Shown here: piece by piece, positions 12,893 to 23,846 of the stretch | Position numbering within the stretch: position 1 is the first letter of the stretch | Layout: every line of letters begins with the position of its first letter | Source: Rhodosorus marinus CCMP1338 | Lineage: Eukaryota > Plantae > Rhodophyta | Assembly (NCBI GenBank): GCA_029953675.1 | Contig: JAMWBK010000007.1 | Span: 1,178,001-1,242,000 of the forward strand | Direction of reading: 5' to 3' | DNA length: 64,000 bases | The notes under the pieces: generated by a model | The model's database searches: none | What the model saw: the letters and a program-made list of their open reading frames with translations, nothing else | Told to the model about the DNA's origin: nothing | Program-made: the position numbers and the translations under genes

Positions 12893-13168
12893 TGTTACGT
12901 CCTGACCGAACAAGTCAGCCGTCATGAGTGTAGCCCAAAACGGGTCTAATAATAGTCGAGCCAAATGGCTGATATTTGGCTAATACTAGAAAAGTCTAGA
13001 TCTAATAATAGTAGTCTAGCAAACCCAGGACATGAACCGGAAGCCTATAAATACGGAAGTTACGACCTTCCGTCTCAGGATTAGAGCTCAAGGAGGGCAT
13101 CCAAGATAGATACAAGATAAAAGAAAAAGGGAATTTAGAATATTTAGAATTATTTTGGATCACCGACA
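12893..13168 (+). repeat. LTR copy (right), ~276 bp
   Basis: Starts TGTTACG two bases after the PPT GGCGGGGAGGAG (12880-12891), contains TATA-like CCTATAAATA (~13045) and ends CCGACA. Confidence 0.75.
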
Positions 13169-13468
13169 CACGTTGCGTCGCGCGTTAATGGAGAACGATC
13201 GCTGCAGGGATTGTCGTCGACATGTCGAGGTTGCTTGAGTGAGAAAATTTGCGAGGTGGATTTTTTTTTGCCGAAGAGAAACTTCTGCAGGATGCCTAAA
13301 GTCGGAAGACAGAGGGTTGTTGGGTATGGGACAGTAAAAGGCGCTATTTCACGTTTGACAATAGCAGTGGTAGTCCGACAGATGGACGTATGCGGCTCTG
13401 CAAAGAGGTTGATTGTGACATCCTGAGTACCTGGTCAGCAGCTGCCTCTCAGGGTAACCGTATCTGTG

Positions 13469-13544
13469 GAACACAGTCGTTCCGCTTTTCCGGAAATATA
13501 GTGACGAACACAGTCGTTCCGCTTTTCCGGAAATATAGTGACGA
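13469..13544. repeat. Perfect 37-bp tandem duplication
   Basis: GAACACAGTCGTTCCGCTTTTCCGGAAATATAGTGAC at 13469-13505 and 13506-13542. Confidence 0.95.
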
Positions 13545-13824
13545 TCTGCGCGTTCTGCCGGGAACTGTTGAGTGCTAATTATTTTAATTATTTGCGGGAG
13601 CGGCTGTGAGACTAGGAGATAACAGGATGATGTCTGTATCTTCAGCAGGCAGACATAGCGAGGACCGCCGCATCTTTTAGATCGGTGCAGTGCTTCTTCG
13701 TCTCTTTGGTTTGGTGTTCCGGATTATTGCGAACCAAATGCCCATTCCGCTACATGAAAATTATACTGTTATCAGGTTGGTGGGGGACTATAATATTTCG
13801 CATGGGTCCGCACTGACGCCACGG

Positions 13825-15338
13825 TCAAAAGAAGCTTGGTTTTTTGATTACTCCGGAGAAAAGCACCATCCCGGAACGGTGCAGGATGGTAAACGCGAAC
13901 GGTCGATCCACGAGGAACTCAATTGGCGGCCTACCAAGGGACATTCTCATCATGGTCACAGCAGTAGCCGCCGCGGCTTTGGTGCCGTACTCGTCGACCT
14001 GTCAGTGTTGAAGACGACCAGGTGAGCGATCATTACGTACGCGGCTGAGATTTGATTCAATCTGAACAGTTGCTGCAACCAGCCTTACCTCAATAACAGC
14101 TTTGTGTGCAACATCTCCGATAATAGCATCATCACGAGTGCAGATCCCTTTCAGCATACCCAATTCCGAAAAGATGGACTCAATTCCCATGCTGCGTAGT
14201 ATATCCTTCACACTGGCTGCGTACTCAACCTTAAACCGGGGCATCTGCACCTTCACTTTTTGCATCTCCCACGGTGCACTCGATATCGCCCCATGTGGAT
14301 TAGGCACGTCTCCTGGTGAAGGCAGGGTCACGACAGCGTGGAAATCACCAGACTTTCCTGCTGGATAGTAATGACATGGGGCGCTTTTAGCTCGAGGAGT
14401 TCGAACGTATCCTCTCGTGTCGACTTGCTTTCAACCTACCGTACGGAAGCTTAACGCTCGCTTCTCCACTCGGCAACTTGCGGTACATGAAACTAGTCTG
14501 AAACGTCTTCATCATCTTACAGGTCTCTGTTGAGCCATCTGCCTGGGTGAACAGAGCATCTTCGGTCGCCTTTTCGGAGAACTGGGAACTCCACTGGCCT
14601 TTGAAGTACACTGCGTTCACCAGCATCGCGATTGCATCCTTGTGGAGCTTGGCCAGCAGATTCTTGATTAGACCATTTGTCTGGGCCTCCACCTGATCGG
14701 GCCGAACAGTAATTTCATGAAACCAAAGCATCAGGTTCCTTGTCCTTGGATGAGTCACTGCTCGGTGTGGTATTGCTCACCCATTCGTTGATAGGATCTG
14801 GACTCGTGGGAAGCGCCGCTGTATGTACTGACAGCTTGTCCATTTGCCATTTGTAGGCCGGCTTGAGGCTCTCCGACATCCACAGCGAGTTGACGAACTT
14901 TGTCTGGACTGCCTCAGTATCTATTTGCAGCTCTTCCGTGAGATTTTCCAAGACGTTCCCAGCGCACGGCAAGAACTTGTCCAACTCTTTTTCTCCAGCT
15001 GAACCTGCGGTTGTGCCCAACCTTACCATCGACATGGCAGCCGCGATGCTAAGAGGCGAAAAGAATACATTTTCCTTGGGATTTGACGCAATCATCGCGT
15101 CGAAAACGCTGCTACCAAAAGCATTCACGCTCTTCACCAGCTCATCATCCTTCATACCAACCCCGCAGAATCCACCCACAACGGCAGCTTCCTTAGCCAA
15201 CTCCAGGTCCCTTTGAAAAACCTCAGGCCTCTCTATCCTTCCGCGAAACCCAAAAAACCAAACAATCCAAAGCCCCAAAGCGCCCAAGAAAACTCGAACC
15301 GTCAAAGATTGGGATGCAACCCCCTTCCCCTTTCCCAT
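13825..15338 (-). CDS. Serpin (probably inhibitory), 4 exons
   Basis: Serpin motifs NVFFSPLSIAAAMSM, INEWV, LVNAVYFKGQW, MPRFKVEY, VAHKAVIE. Manually found last exon VDEYGTKAAAATAVTMMRMSLGRPPIEFLVDRPFAF..VLFSG, stop at 13825. Predicted GT-AG introns 14693-14780, 14361-14439, 13999-14088. The start is uncertain (15338 or the downstream MKDDEL). Confidence 0.9.
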
Positions 15339-16363
15339 GGCTGTTCAAACCACACAGCAGGCTAAAATATCAGCGTGGGCGCACATAACCAGCTTCAACA
15401 ACACCAACAAAAGCATAGACCTAGCCGTGGTCACTAAGAACCTTTCCGTAACTATCCTCCTTCCCTCGAAGCTCCCCCCCCGCCCCCAACCAGTCTCTTA
15501 AGGCTGTCCACCAACAGATATCCACATCAGGTTTCCCCTCGTAGAAATATATCAAAACCAATCCAAAACACACCATCGCAGCATTCAGTCGATTTTGAAG
15601 AAAAAGAATCAATAATTATTCCTTTCATGACAATGTCAGTCAATATTTAAATTAATTGACTGAACAACATATGTGACACTTAAATTGGATTTAACGGTAT
15701 CATGGGCTGAATCCGTTGAAGCGCGTCTCACATCCAGAAACAAATTCAAGTTTTATTAGTTTTTTTGAGGGATAAATCTCAGGGGGCGTTCTGATTGGAT
15801 ATTGTTCAGGAGTTTAGTCATTGTGCGTTTTAATTGATTGATTTGAGGAGAGGGTTGGGGTTGTGATGGACTTGGAGAGGGAACGTTGTTTGTGAGATTG
15901 GATGGTCAATGTGTTTTGCGTCGGAAAGCTGTGAAGTATTTTCGTCGAATAGGGACCAGCGGATCTGGACAGATTCTTGAGGGAATCTCTAGTTCAGTTC
16001 TCGTGGAGAAACAGATATCTGGTGGGTGATGATTGGGTTGCTTACTGCTGATATCTCGGCGGTAAATCGTACGCTGGACAGGGTGAGGAGCGGGGCAGGG
16101 CAAGCGAAACTTGTTCTTTTACAGACACGCATTTGAAAAGCGCTTACCGTACTAAAGCACGCTTGTGTAGAACTGTCCCAAGCAACTGACCACTTGCCAA
16201 TCTACGGGGGAGCTTTTTAACCGTTGGCACCGCCTCGTGTAAGACCCAGCTGTCTCCAGCCGAATGGAGGATTCCCCTTGGGGTTTGGGAAGAAGGAGGT
16301 TGTCTGGGAAGAGCCTAGCTCTTCTGTTCTGCATTCGATTGTTTTAAACGCGGTTAAGTAGTA

Positions 16364-17436
16364 ATGGGTAGGTGTATTGGCTGTAGGAAACAGACGCAAA
16401 TTTTCTGCTACGTTCACCAGGAGTTTGTAGGTTTAGAGTGCCTTGTGGGTTCGCTTGGACATGCTCGGTGTTATGTTGGCTCGTATCGCGGTTGGGTTCA
16501 GGACAGTTCATACCCTTGGCCGCCGAAGTGTGTCGTATGTTCAAAGGAACTGATGTCGGATGATGGAGTTACTCGGTTGACGTGTCTAGGTACAGCATGT
16601 TACACTGCATCAGCACCTTCGTTTTCAACGGAAGTCTTAACCCCTTGCATCTTGGTCGTCTTAGCCATTGTTGAGGATTCATGTCTCATGAACAGAGCCC
16701 CAGGAGATGGTAAATGTCCGCATTGCGAGGTACTGATCAGTTCAGAAAGGCAAAGCGACCAGAGAAGCTCGTCCCCTTCGCTTATTCAAACAGCCCACTT
16801 GCTCTGATTGCCCTACCTAGACAAGCTTGGTTCCTCCTCGGACGGATGGAGGAGCTATCGCTCAAGACTTAAGGATCAAGTTGAAGGACGTACCTTTGGT
16901 GAACAGGCTCTCCCCGAACATTGAAATTTTGACTCCAGAGCAGGGAGATCCTTTTAGCGCGAGGGGAGGCGATGTGGCGATCGAAATCGGAGCAGGAGCA
17001 AACACGAAGATATCCTCGACAGGAGTTCAGAAATACGTTGATAGCGAGTCTGTGCATCAGAGTGGGATTGTACCGGAGCTGGACGAAGATGATAAGCAGC
17101 TGAAAGCTCAGAAGGAAAGAGGGCGTAGGACGTTCATGTCCGCACTGAGGTAGGGTGGGCTGCCATTACGGCGACGTAATGCTCAGTCTTGTTCTAAAGT
17201 CGACTGCCTCTGTTCTACCGAATCGGGGATGCAGATTCTTCAGAACACATCGAAGAGGGATGTTCTTCATATTCGTAGTTCTCGTTTGTGTTGCGATTTC
17301 CGTCGGTGTCATCAGGGCGGCAATTTCGCAGGGAACTGCGAATGTGGAACGTCGTCGGGATGCAGCTCGCGCTTTTCAAGAAACGACGAGGAATCCGAGA
17401 AACTTTGGAAACTTCGATTCAGAGCGCAGAATGTAG
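16364..17436 (+). CDS. ZFPL1: Zinc finger protein-like 1 (cis-Golgi B-box/RING-like zinc finger with C-terminal TM), 4 exons
   Basis: N-terminus C..C......FCYVHQEFVGLECLV...HARCYVGSYRGWVQDSSY matches the ZFPL1 pattern (FC..H...VC..C.V..H..C.V.SYL.WL.D.DY). CPHC after intron 16590-16664. C-terminal hydrophobic segment (FFIFVVLVCVAISVGVI). Confidence 0.8.
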
Positions 17437-18629
17437 CCCGATCTAGCTACCGGATGACACCCTCACGCGCTCCACTTTCACCAAAGAAGATGCGCTCTTG
17501 ATTTACTGAGACATCCTCTCTCTTTTCGATGACACAAATGGAACATCCAACCACGCACGTTGTCCCCCAGCCGATTCCCGTGGAGCTCCGGACAGTTAGT
17601 ACCATTGAAAAGCTGAGGCAGGGACCTTAAACCAGGTGATCGAAAGAATTGCAATTGTAAAACTCACGCGTACTAGTAAACCTAACAAAATTTTAATATC
17701 CAACAAGCCGCGCAATCCAACCAGCAATTATGAGTGTTGGTCTGTGTCAGAGATGCATGGGGTCCAACGCCATCCGATGCCTTAAAGCACGCGTTCTCTA
17801 CCATAATCTCCTCGGCGGCTTCGCTGATCATGAAGCTTCCCGTGAAGTCTAGTTTGAGGTGGTTTTAAATACTCACACGACTGGGGATCTCCAGTTCGTC
17901 CACCGTACCGAGCTAGACTTTCTGCTGATCTCGTCGGGGCCAGGAAGAGTGGATACCCGCTTCCCGAAGACATCAGCCAAACCATCAACGGACACCAGAT
18001 CGATTTAGAAACAAACTAACTCTAAAATTGAGAATCCATTTCCTAGATAAAAACCAGATAGAATATTTCGAAAGTTTCACAACCAACAATGCGCTCTATA
18101 TTTAGAAAATCCCCAAGCATTTTTTCTCCATTCCTCGATAAAAATTCGAACGAGGAAAAAAGTTTGGATCTTAAACTCAAAACCCTCACTTTCCGGGGAG
18201 GGACAGCTGTCAAATTCCAACGGATATTTTGTTTTGCTTCTGGAGGGTGATGAATGATGAATAGTTTTCCACGGCCACGATTAGTAAGTAATATTGGTCG
18301 GCTTTGAAATGATCATGCCATTGTGTGATTTCTTCTTTTTCTGGTCAAAAAATAAGGAGCGAAAAAGTAGTTTATGAGGGAGAGAGCAGTGGGCGAGAAG
18401 GGCCGACTTGGTCCCCAATAAAATTGTTTTGAAGTATGGAAATTTTTTATCGAGTTGAAGGAACTTGTGGATGAAGCTGTGGATTGATACTTATCAGAAT
18501 GGAGGGGATGTGGATTGGTCTGAGGTTGGTGGGGGGGGTGGGTGGGAATGGAGATGGGTAGATGAGAAAGGAAGAGAGAAAAGGAGGGATTAGAGAAGTT
18601 TTGAAGAGATCTAGCGATCCAATAAAGGT

Positions 18630-19642
18630 ATGGATTCTTGTTTTGTATTTGGAGGGGGTAGATTGGGCTGTGGTTTGAGGGGTGTTGGAGGTGGTGTTTG
18701 CGAGAGGGTTGGTAGGGGAAGGGGATCATGCGTGATGTGCAATGTATCTGTGAAGGGGAAGGGGAAAACTCGTGGGATTTTGAAGATCGTCGAGGATGAG
18801 ACTTTGAACCAGTTTTTTGTGGATGATGGGAAGGGCGGGAGAAGGGAGCTTGACCAGAAAGAGAAGGAGTACCTCGTTATGGACGCTTTGCATGCGAGGA
18901 CGACACGTATGTATGGAGCCCCGCGGGATCTGGTAGTATCTGATGAGCAGTTGGATCTGCTGCAGGAGGATTTAATGTGGCAGGGATCTAGGGTCTTGCT
19001 TCTCAATGCGAAAGAAACAGGGTATCTCGAAGCTGCAAGGGCATATTACAGAAACGAACCCATCATGAGCGATCATGAGTTTGACGAGCTACGACAGGAG
19101 CTGGTCATGGAGGGATCTGTCGTAGCTGTATCTGACCGGCCAAAATGTAGCGTGGAAACGAGGATTTGCTCAACGGATCTTGCCCCTGACTCAAAGCGAA
19201 TGTTTGCTGTGCACCTTCCAGCGGCAGGAGTCGGCGCAATCGTTTGGGCAGCCATTTCCTATGGAATTCCGTTCCTTAGGAACGTGAGTGACCTTTATTC
19301 GCTCCTCTTCGGCCTACCCGTCGTTGTTTTGTTCTCAAAGGTGCGTCAGCAAGCGTATCAGGAGTATCTCTGAAAGCGCAAGGAGTCTGCTATAGCGTTG
19401 CTTAACCCAACTCTGAATCCTAGGTGACCACAAGCATGGTAATAAAGGATCCGTCTCAGATTCTTCGGGGTGCTTGCCCAAACTGCGGGGAGGACATAAG
19501 AGCACATTTTGGAAGTATCTTGACAATATCTGGTCCTCAGAAAACGTCTCAAATGAAGTGCGACCACTGCAGAGCCCAGTTAACTTTCCGCGCAGAAACG
19601 AGAAAAGTTGAAATCAACGCGAATAATATGACGCGCGCGTAG
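18630..19642 (+). CDS. PGRL1: PGR5-like protein 1 (cyclic electron flow), 2 exons
   Basis: LQEDLMWQGS, EAARAYY..EPIMSDHEFDELRQEL..EGS, RPKCS, two TM segments, C-terminal GACPNCG and CDHC. Intron 19341-19423. N-terminal MDSCFVF transit peptide. Confidence 0.88.
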
Positions 19643-20090
19643 AAAAGTGTCGTGCCAGTCGCCAAAGAAACTTGAAATGTGGGCGGTGCTAGTCCTGGAG
19701 CCCTAGGGACTGGGCTGGCAATGTAATCATTAGTGAGCGCGCTAACGGAACTTCAATTTCCACATGGAAACCGACCAACGCCCGGGCAGGTACGGGTGTA
19801 ATACAATAGAGTTTTTACTTTCTACTAAGGAATCCATGAGAATACGAAAAAAAGGACTAACAAGCGAGAATAACCTTCAGGAAGCAACAACAAAAACCGC
19901 GTCCCCCTGTGAAGTGCAAGGAAGCAATGCGAGCCATAAACGCCATCTCCCGCAGATTCGACCGGCCACTGCGCAAAAACTCTGAGACCGACCATCTACT
20001 CGTTAACGACTAGCAGGTCGCCTTGAGAGGATTGTCTTGTCCACGCTCAGATTCAGTGTTCCAGTTATTCGCAAGGCTCGAGGTCTCACC

Positions 20091-21938
20091 TCAGACTGTG
20101 TTGGCTATGGCTGGACCCTGCGGGGGGTTGTTTCTGGAAAGGGACTTCAAGTACGCGCTTGTCGGCCTCTCCCCAGGCATAGCGGTGCCGTTCGCAGTAG
20201 GCTCTTTGCCAAGCTTCATGCTGACACGGGCAAGCTTTACGTCGTCCAAAGCGACTCCACTCTGGATATCACTACTTGCTGCCTCAACTGGCTGCACAGC
20301 AGCCTTTGCCTCCTCATCCTTCCAAAAGACGTCAACTGGTGGAGGAGGGGTGGTCTCCCTAGGTATATCTTCAATTCGAGATGTGATTGACGTCGTGAAC
20401 CCAACGGCAAAGTTAAAGCGTTCGAGTGCTAGCATATCGATGCCTGCAAGATCCACCAGCCTTTTTATGTTTTTCCCGCCTGATCGGCGAGGTGACTTCC
20501 AGTATGCCCTCCATTCCTTGGCGGTCGGGGTCTTCGTAGCAATGAGTTTCTCCTTTTTCGCCGAACGCGCTGGTGCAGATTTTACAACCACGATCGTTTT
20601 CGGCTTTGGAGGGGCCTGGGGGGTCTCCTCAATTGGTTTTGAAGTAACCTGCTTAGCGCGAAAGACTTGCGCTTTCGCCTTCGCCTCACTGGCGGCTAAA
20701 GGTTTTGCGTCTTGGACAGCGCTCACCGGCACGCCGTTCGAAGCAGCGCTCTCTTCTGTAGTTGCGACTGGGCTAGGAGCCTCTAACACTTCAAAGCCTG
20801 GCTCGGTTTCTTTGGCATCTCGGGCTTGCGATTTTACAACTTTGATCACTCGTACTGGAGCTGCTGGTTCCGGTGTAGCAGGTTTGCTCTGCTCTACGGC
20901 TCCTTCAATCGCAGAATCCGCACTGACGTCGCTTACGAAGGACGCGATCTTCTGGATGTTCGCCGTCCTCTGCTCCGGAATGTCTCCGAACACCGCGTGT
21001 CCTTCCCCAGGAAGCTTAACCAACTCTTTCCGTTGGAACACAGTTGCTTTTTTCATGATCAACTCCGAGTTTGATATGCTCGAGCGGTGGTCGAGCTCCT
21101 TGTGCAGAATTAGCAAATTATCGAGCGTAACTCGTGGCAAACTCTGCTCGAGATCATTGGATAGATCCATAATAAGTGCACCACATGCGCATCGGAGAAT
21201 CGTATTGTACCCACTAAGTGGATCCTCCTTGGAGAACGCAGCCGCTTCGGCGTCGCCGAACATTTTGTCCCAGTCTGTCTTGGAGATCACATCCGGTAGC
21301 TCCCATTCTGGAGTTAGGTTTCGCATGAGGTTGAGCCCACCCTTCACTAATGGCATTGACATCTCTTCAATTCGTACGAGCGGAGAACACAAAATGACTC
21401 CCTTCAGCAAGTCAGCCAAGTCAGGTTTGAGGACTGCCTGCAACGATAACAGTCCACCAAACGATTCGCCGAGCAAGAACAGGGGTGTTCCCGGAGCTAC
21501 CGAGTCCTTGAGTCGCAGCAGAGCAGCTTCAATTTCATCCATGAAGTCTTCCGGTTCCTTGGCATACATGCGAAATCCGTCAATATCGTCGGACTTTCCG
21601 TGAGAAGGGAGATCCAATCCGTGCACAACAGCCTGCGAATCTTTGCAGAGTCCTTCAGCTAGCTCAGCATACCACCCCGAGTGGAACAAAAAACCATGCA
21701 GCACGAGAACGGCGGCAGCGGGCTTTCCTCCAGGAACTCTTCTCCTTTCAAAAACCTCACGAGAAGGATCTCTTGCTGACGTGATTGGCTCCCCATCAAA
21801 ACCAACACTCCAATTCAGCTGGGACATGCTCGTGAGGCCTTTCCGCCACGCGCTAGCCCTCCGCCCTTGTAAGGTTGAAGCTGCATAGTTCAGCTCCTTC
21901 ACTCCAACGCCGCCAACAAATCCAAGCTCACCAGCCAT
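20091..21938 (-). CDS. Monoacylglycerol-lipase/lysophospholipase-like alpha/beta hydrolase with long Ala/Pro/Lys-rich C-terminal extension; probably plastid-targeted
   Basis: HGFLFHSGWY oxyanion region, GLDLPSHGKS, nucleophile elbow GESFGG, acid (ELDHR) and His (GEGHAVF). N-terminus MAGELGFVGG. Confidence 0.85.
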   Translation of the reverse strand: MAGELGFVGGVGVKELNYAASTLQGRRASAWRKGLTSMSQLNWSVGFDGEPITSARDPSREVFERRRVPGGKPAAAVLVLHGFLFHSGWYAELAEGLCKDSQAVVHGLDLPSHGKSDDIDGFRMYAKEPEDFMDEIEAALLRLKDSVAPGTPLFLLGESFGGLLSLQAVLKPDLADLLKGVILCSPLVRIEEMSMPLVKGGLNLMRNLTPEWELPDVISKTDWDKMFGDAEAAAFSKEDPLSGYNTILRCACGALIMDLSNDLEQSLPRVTLDNLLILHKELDHRSSISNSELIMKKATVFQRKELVKLPGEGHAVFGDIPEQRTANIQKIASFVSDVSADSAIEGAVEQSKPATPEPAAPVRVIKVVKSQARDAKETEPGFEVLEAPSPVATTEESAASNGVPVSAVQDAKPLAASEAKAKAQVFRAKQVTSKPIEETPQAPPKPKTIVVVKSAPARSAKKEKLIATKTPTAKEWRAYWKSPRRSGGKNIKRLVDLAGIDMLALERFNFAVGFTTSITSRIEDIPRETTPPPPVDVFWKDEEAKAAVQPVEAASSDIQSGVALDDVKLARVSMKLGKEPTANGTAMPGERPTSAYLKSLSRNNPPQGPAIANTV

Positions 21939-23846
21939 CCTTAGCTAATTCACCTAACCACAAATATATGAAAAAATCAACCAGAATCACACCTTCGTCC
22001 CTCTCCACCCACAACGACACCAACCCAAATGCTTCGCACTCTACTTCAACCCCGAAGCAAGCACCGAAAGTCTAACGTCACTTCAACCTCCCACCATGAC
22101 CAATAACGCTTCCAATTTTCCAATTCACGTATCAACTCCGGACATCGGCCCTCCTTCACACTTTCCCCCAAAACAAAACTTCCCTTCGGGAAACAAATAA
22201 ATTTTAAGTTATCAATTCAACGCTTAACTTTTTCCCCCTAAACGAGATCTAGATATTGCCAAAATGCTCCCAAACGGCAAGAAAATCCATAAATTCCGAG
22301 GAAAAACTGAACGGGGCGGTGAGGGGGGGTGAAGTAGACTACAATTCAGCATTTCAGGTGGTATCAGTGCCATACAACTTTCTTCCTCCCCTCTAAAAAC
22401 AAATGAAACTCATCATGTCATGTGATTTCATGAGATTCTATTGTTTTCCCTTTTCCTAGTAACTGGGTGGGGGGGGTATTCCCAAAGAAGAAGAGAAAGA
22501 GATAGAAAAATCTAAAAAGGGCCTTTTTTTCTAACCCCGCTCAAGAAAAGGAAAAAAAAAACAACAAAAAGCTGGTCCCCGTGCAATTGGCTTAAACTTA
22601 GGTGATCGACGGAGATCGGTTGATAATTGCGGTATCCTCCAATATTCATTAATTAAAATAAAAACAAATCAACGGTTTTGAAACGTTAATATTCTCGATT
22701 TTGATTATTTTGTTTTGGATTGAATCGATGTCAGTTATTTTATTTCCAAAATATTTGGTCGTATTCCAGTTTGGGACGCAACGGTTGGGACCAAAATCGG
22801 ATTGGGCTAAACCGTTTGGTTCTTTCCCCTATTTTTCTAAAGTTTTGTTCTTCCGTTAGTGAGATAAGTCTTTGATTGGCTGATTGGAACTTGTGAGGTT
22901 CAAAACTGATTGCTGGATTCTGCGTGTCAGCGAGACTGCAATTTCTCGTTCTAAATCAATTGGGATATAAGCAAAATTTATATTGAATGTTCATAATATA
23001 AGTCTCAACAAAAATAAATCTGACATAAAATAGAACTATTCAAGCATTCAATCTATGTAGAGAGGAATTTTGGGGTAATATTCTTAGAAATAGATTAAAA
23101 GGTTCTGGAGTGTTAAATTTATTAATTGATTTTGGGGGAAACGGGTGAATGGAGTGGGAGTACCGATCAGGTCACCGAACCCCCAGCCAGACGTTAAGTG
23201 ATTGACAATAAGAGTATTTACAACTGAAAGCAGAGTAGTAAGTTCTATGCTCTTAAGGATACCGGCGAGGTGATGCCAGGATCTGCCCCTATCTTTGCAA
23301 GTGTCAAGAAGAAGAACTCGCTTACTAAGTACCTGAGATACTCCTTCCAGGAGCGGCGCCATATGGATTAGAACCTTGTTTGAGGTTGAGGGTAGGGTAG
23401 CCCCCCACAGGAGTATGCACATGCATTGAAGCACCATGTCAACGGATAGCTTGCTTCAACAGCCAAGTTGGCAGTCTAACCGCCCCGAGGTAGCAAGGCT
23501 GCTTTCTCTGCAGTGGTTTTGATCATAGTTTACAAATAGAGAATAAAACAAATCAAGAAAAGACTAAAATCTTGATCAAGCCGCCGAGTCTTGTTAGTAA
23601 ATGTACTAATTGGTACGATTTCCGGCCTGCTTTCATCGCGGTGGGATTGGAAACAGGACGTCTCATTGTCTACTGTCCGCCGAGTGGGAATGGTGCAGGC
23701 TGGCACTGTTTGAAATTTTTTTGTTTTTAAGCAACCTTCTGATACGCTTCGTAACCGGTTGGTGTTCTCTCGGATCCGTTTGTACTCTCCTGCCCCTTGG
23801 CGTGATCCCGTGAGGTTTGTAAGTGTGAAGGACCTTTTGCATTTCT

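Larger units (their letters stand above)
11074..13193. mobile_element. Fold-back (large inverted repeat) derivative of a Ty3/gypsy chromovirus: arms 11074-11867 and 12394-13193, spacer 11868-12393
   Basis: 11074-11867 is the reverse complement of 12394-13193. The spacer encodes the integrase core (SMDFIG, IVDRFTK, IISDRDPKF, STAYHPQTDGQTERVNQTLE). Each arm carries the integrase C-terminus, chromodomain, polypurine tract and LTR. Confidence 0.9.

Noticed and set aside
11099-13168. DIRS-type element (inverted terminal repeats)
   Set aside because: The encoded enzyme is a DDE integrase with a chromodomain, not a tyrosine recombinase, and the inversion extends far into coding sequence.
13469-13544. 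CRISPR-like direct repeats (also 3894-3964 and 62777-62976)
   Set aside because: The repeats are contiguous with no unique spacers, no cas genes are present, and the context is eukaryotic.
17740-18000. Possible second serpin fragment (TLPGPDEI; IMVENACFK)
   Set aside because: The similarity is too short and is broken across frames.
20023-21603. 526-aa plus-strand ORF
   Set aside because: It lies entirely antisense to the MGL-like hydrolase, is Ser/Ala-rich with no motifs, and is explained as a shadow of the real gene's codon usage.
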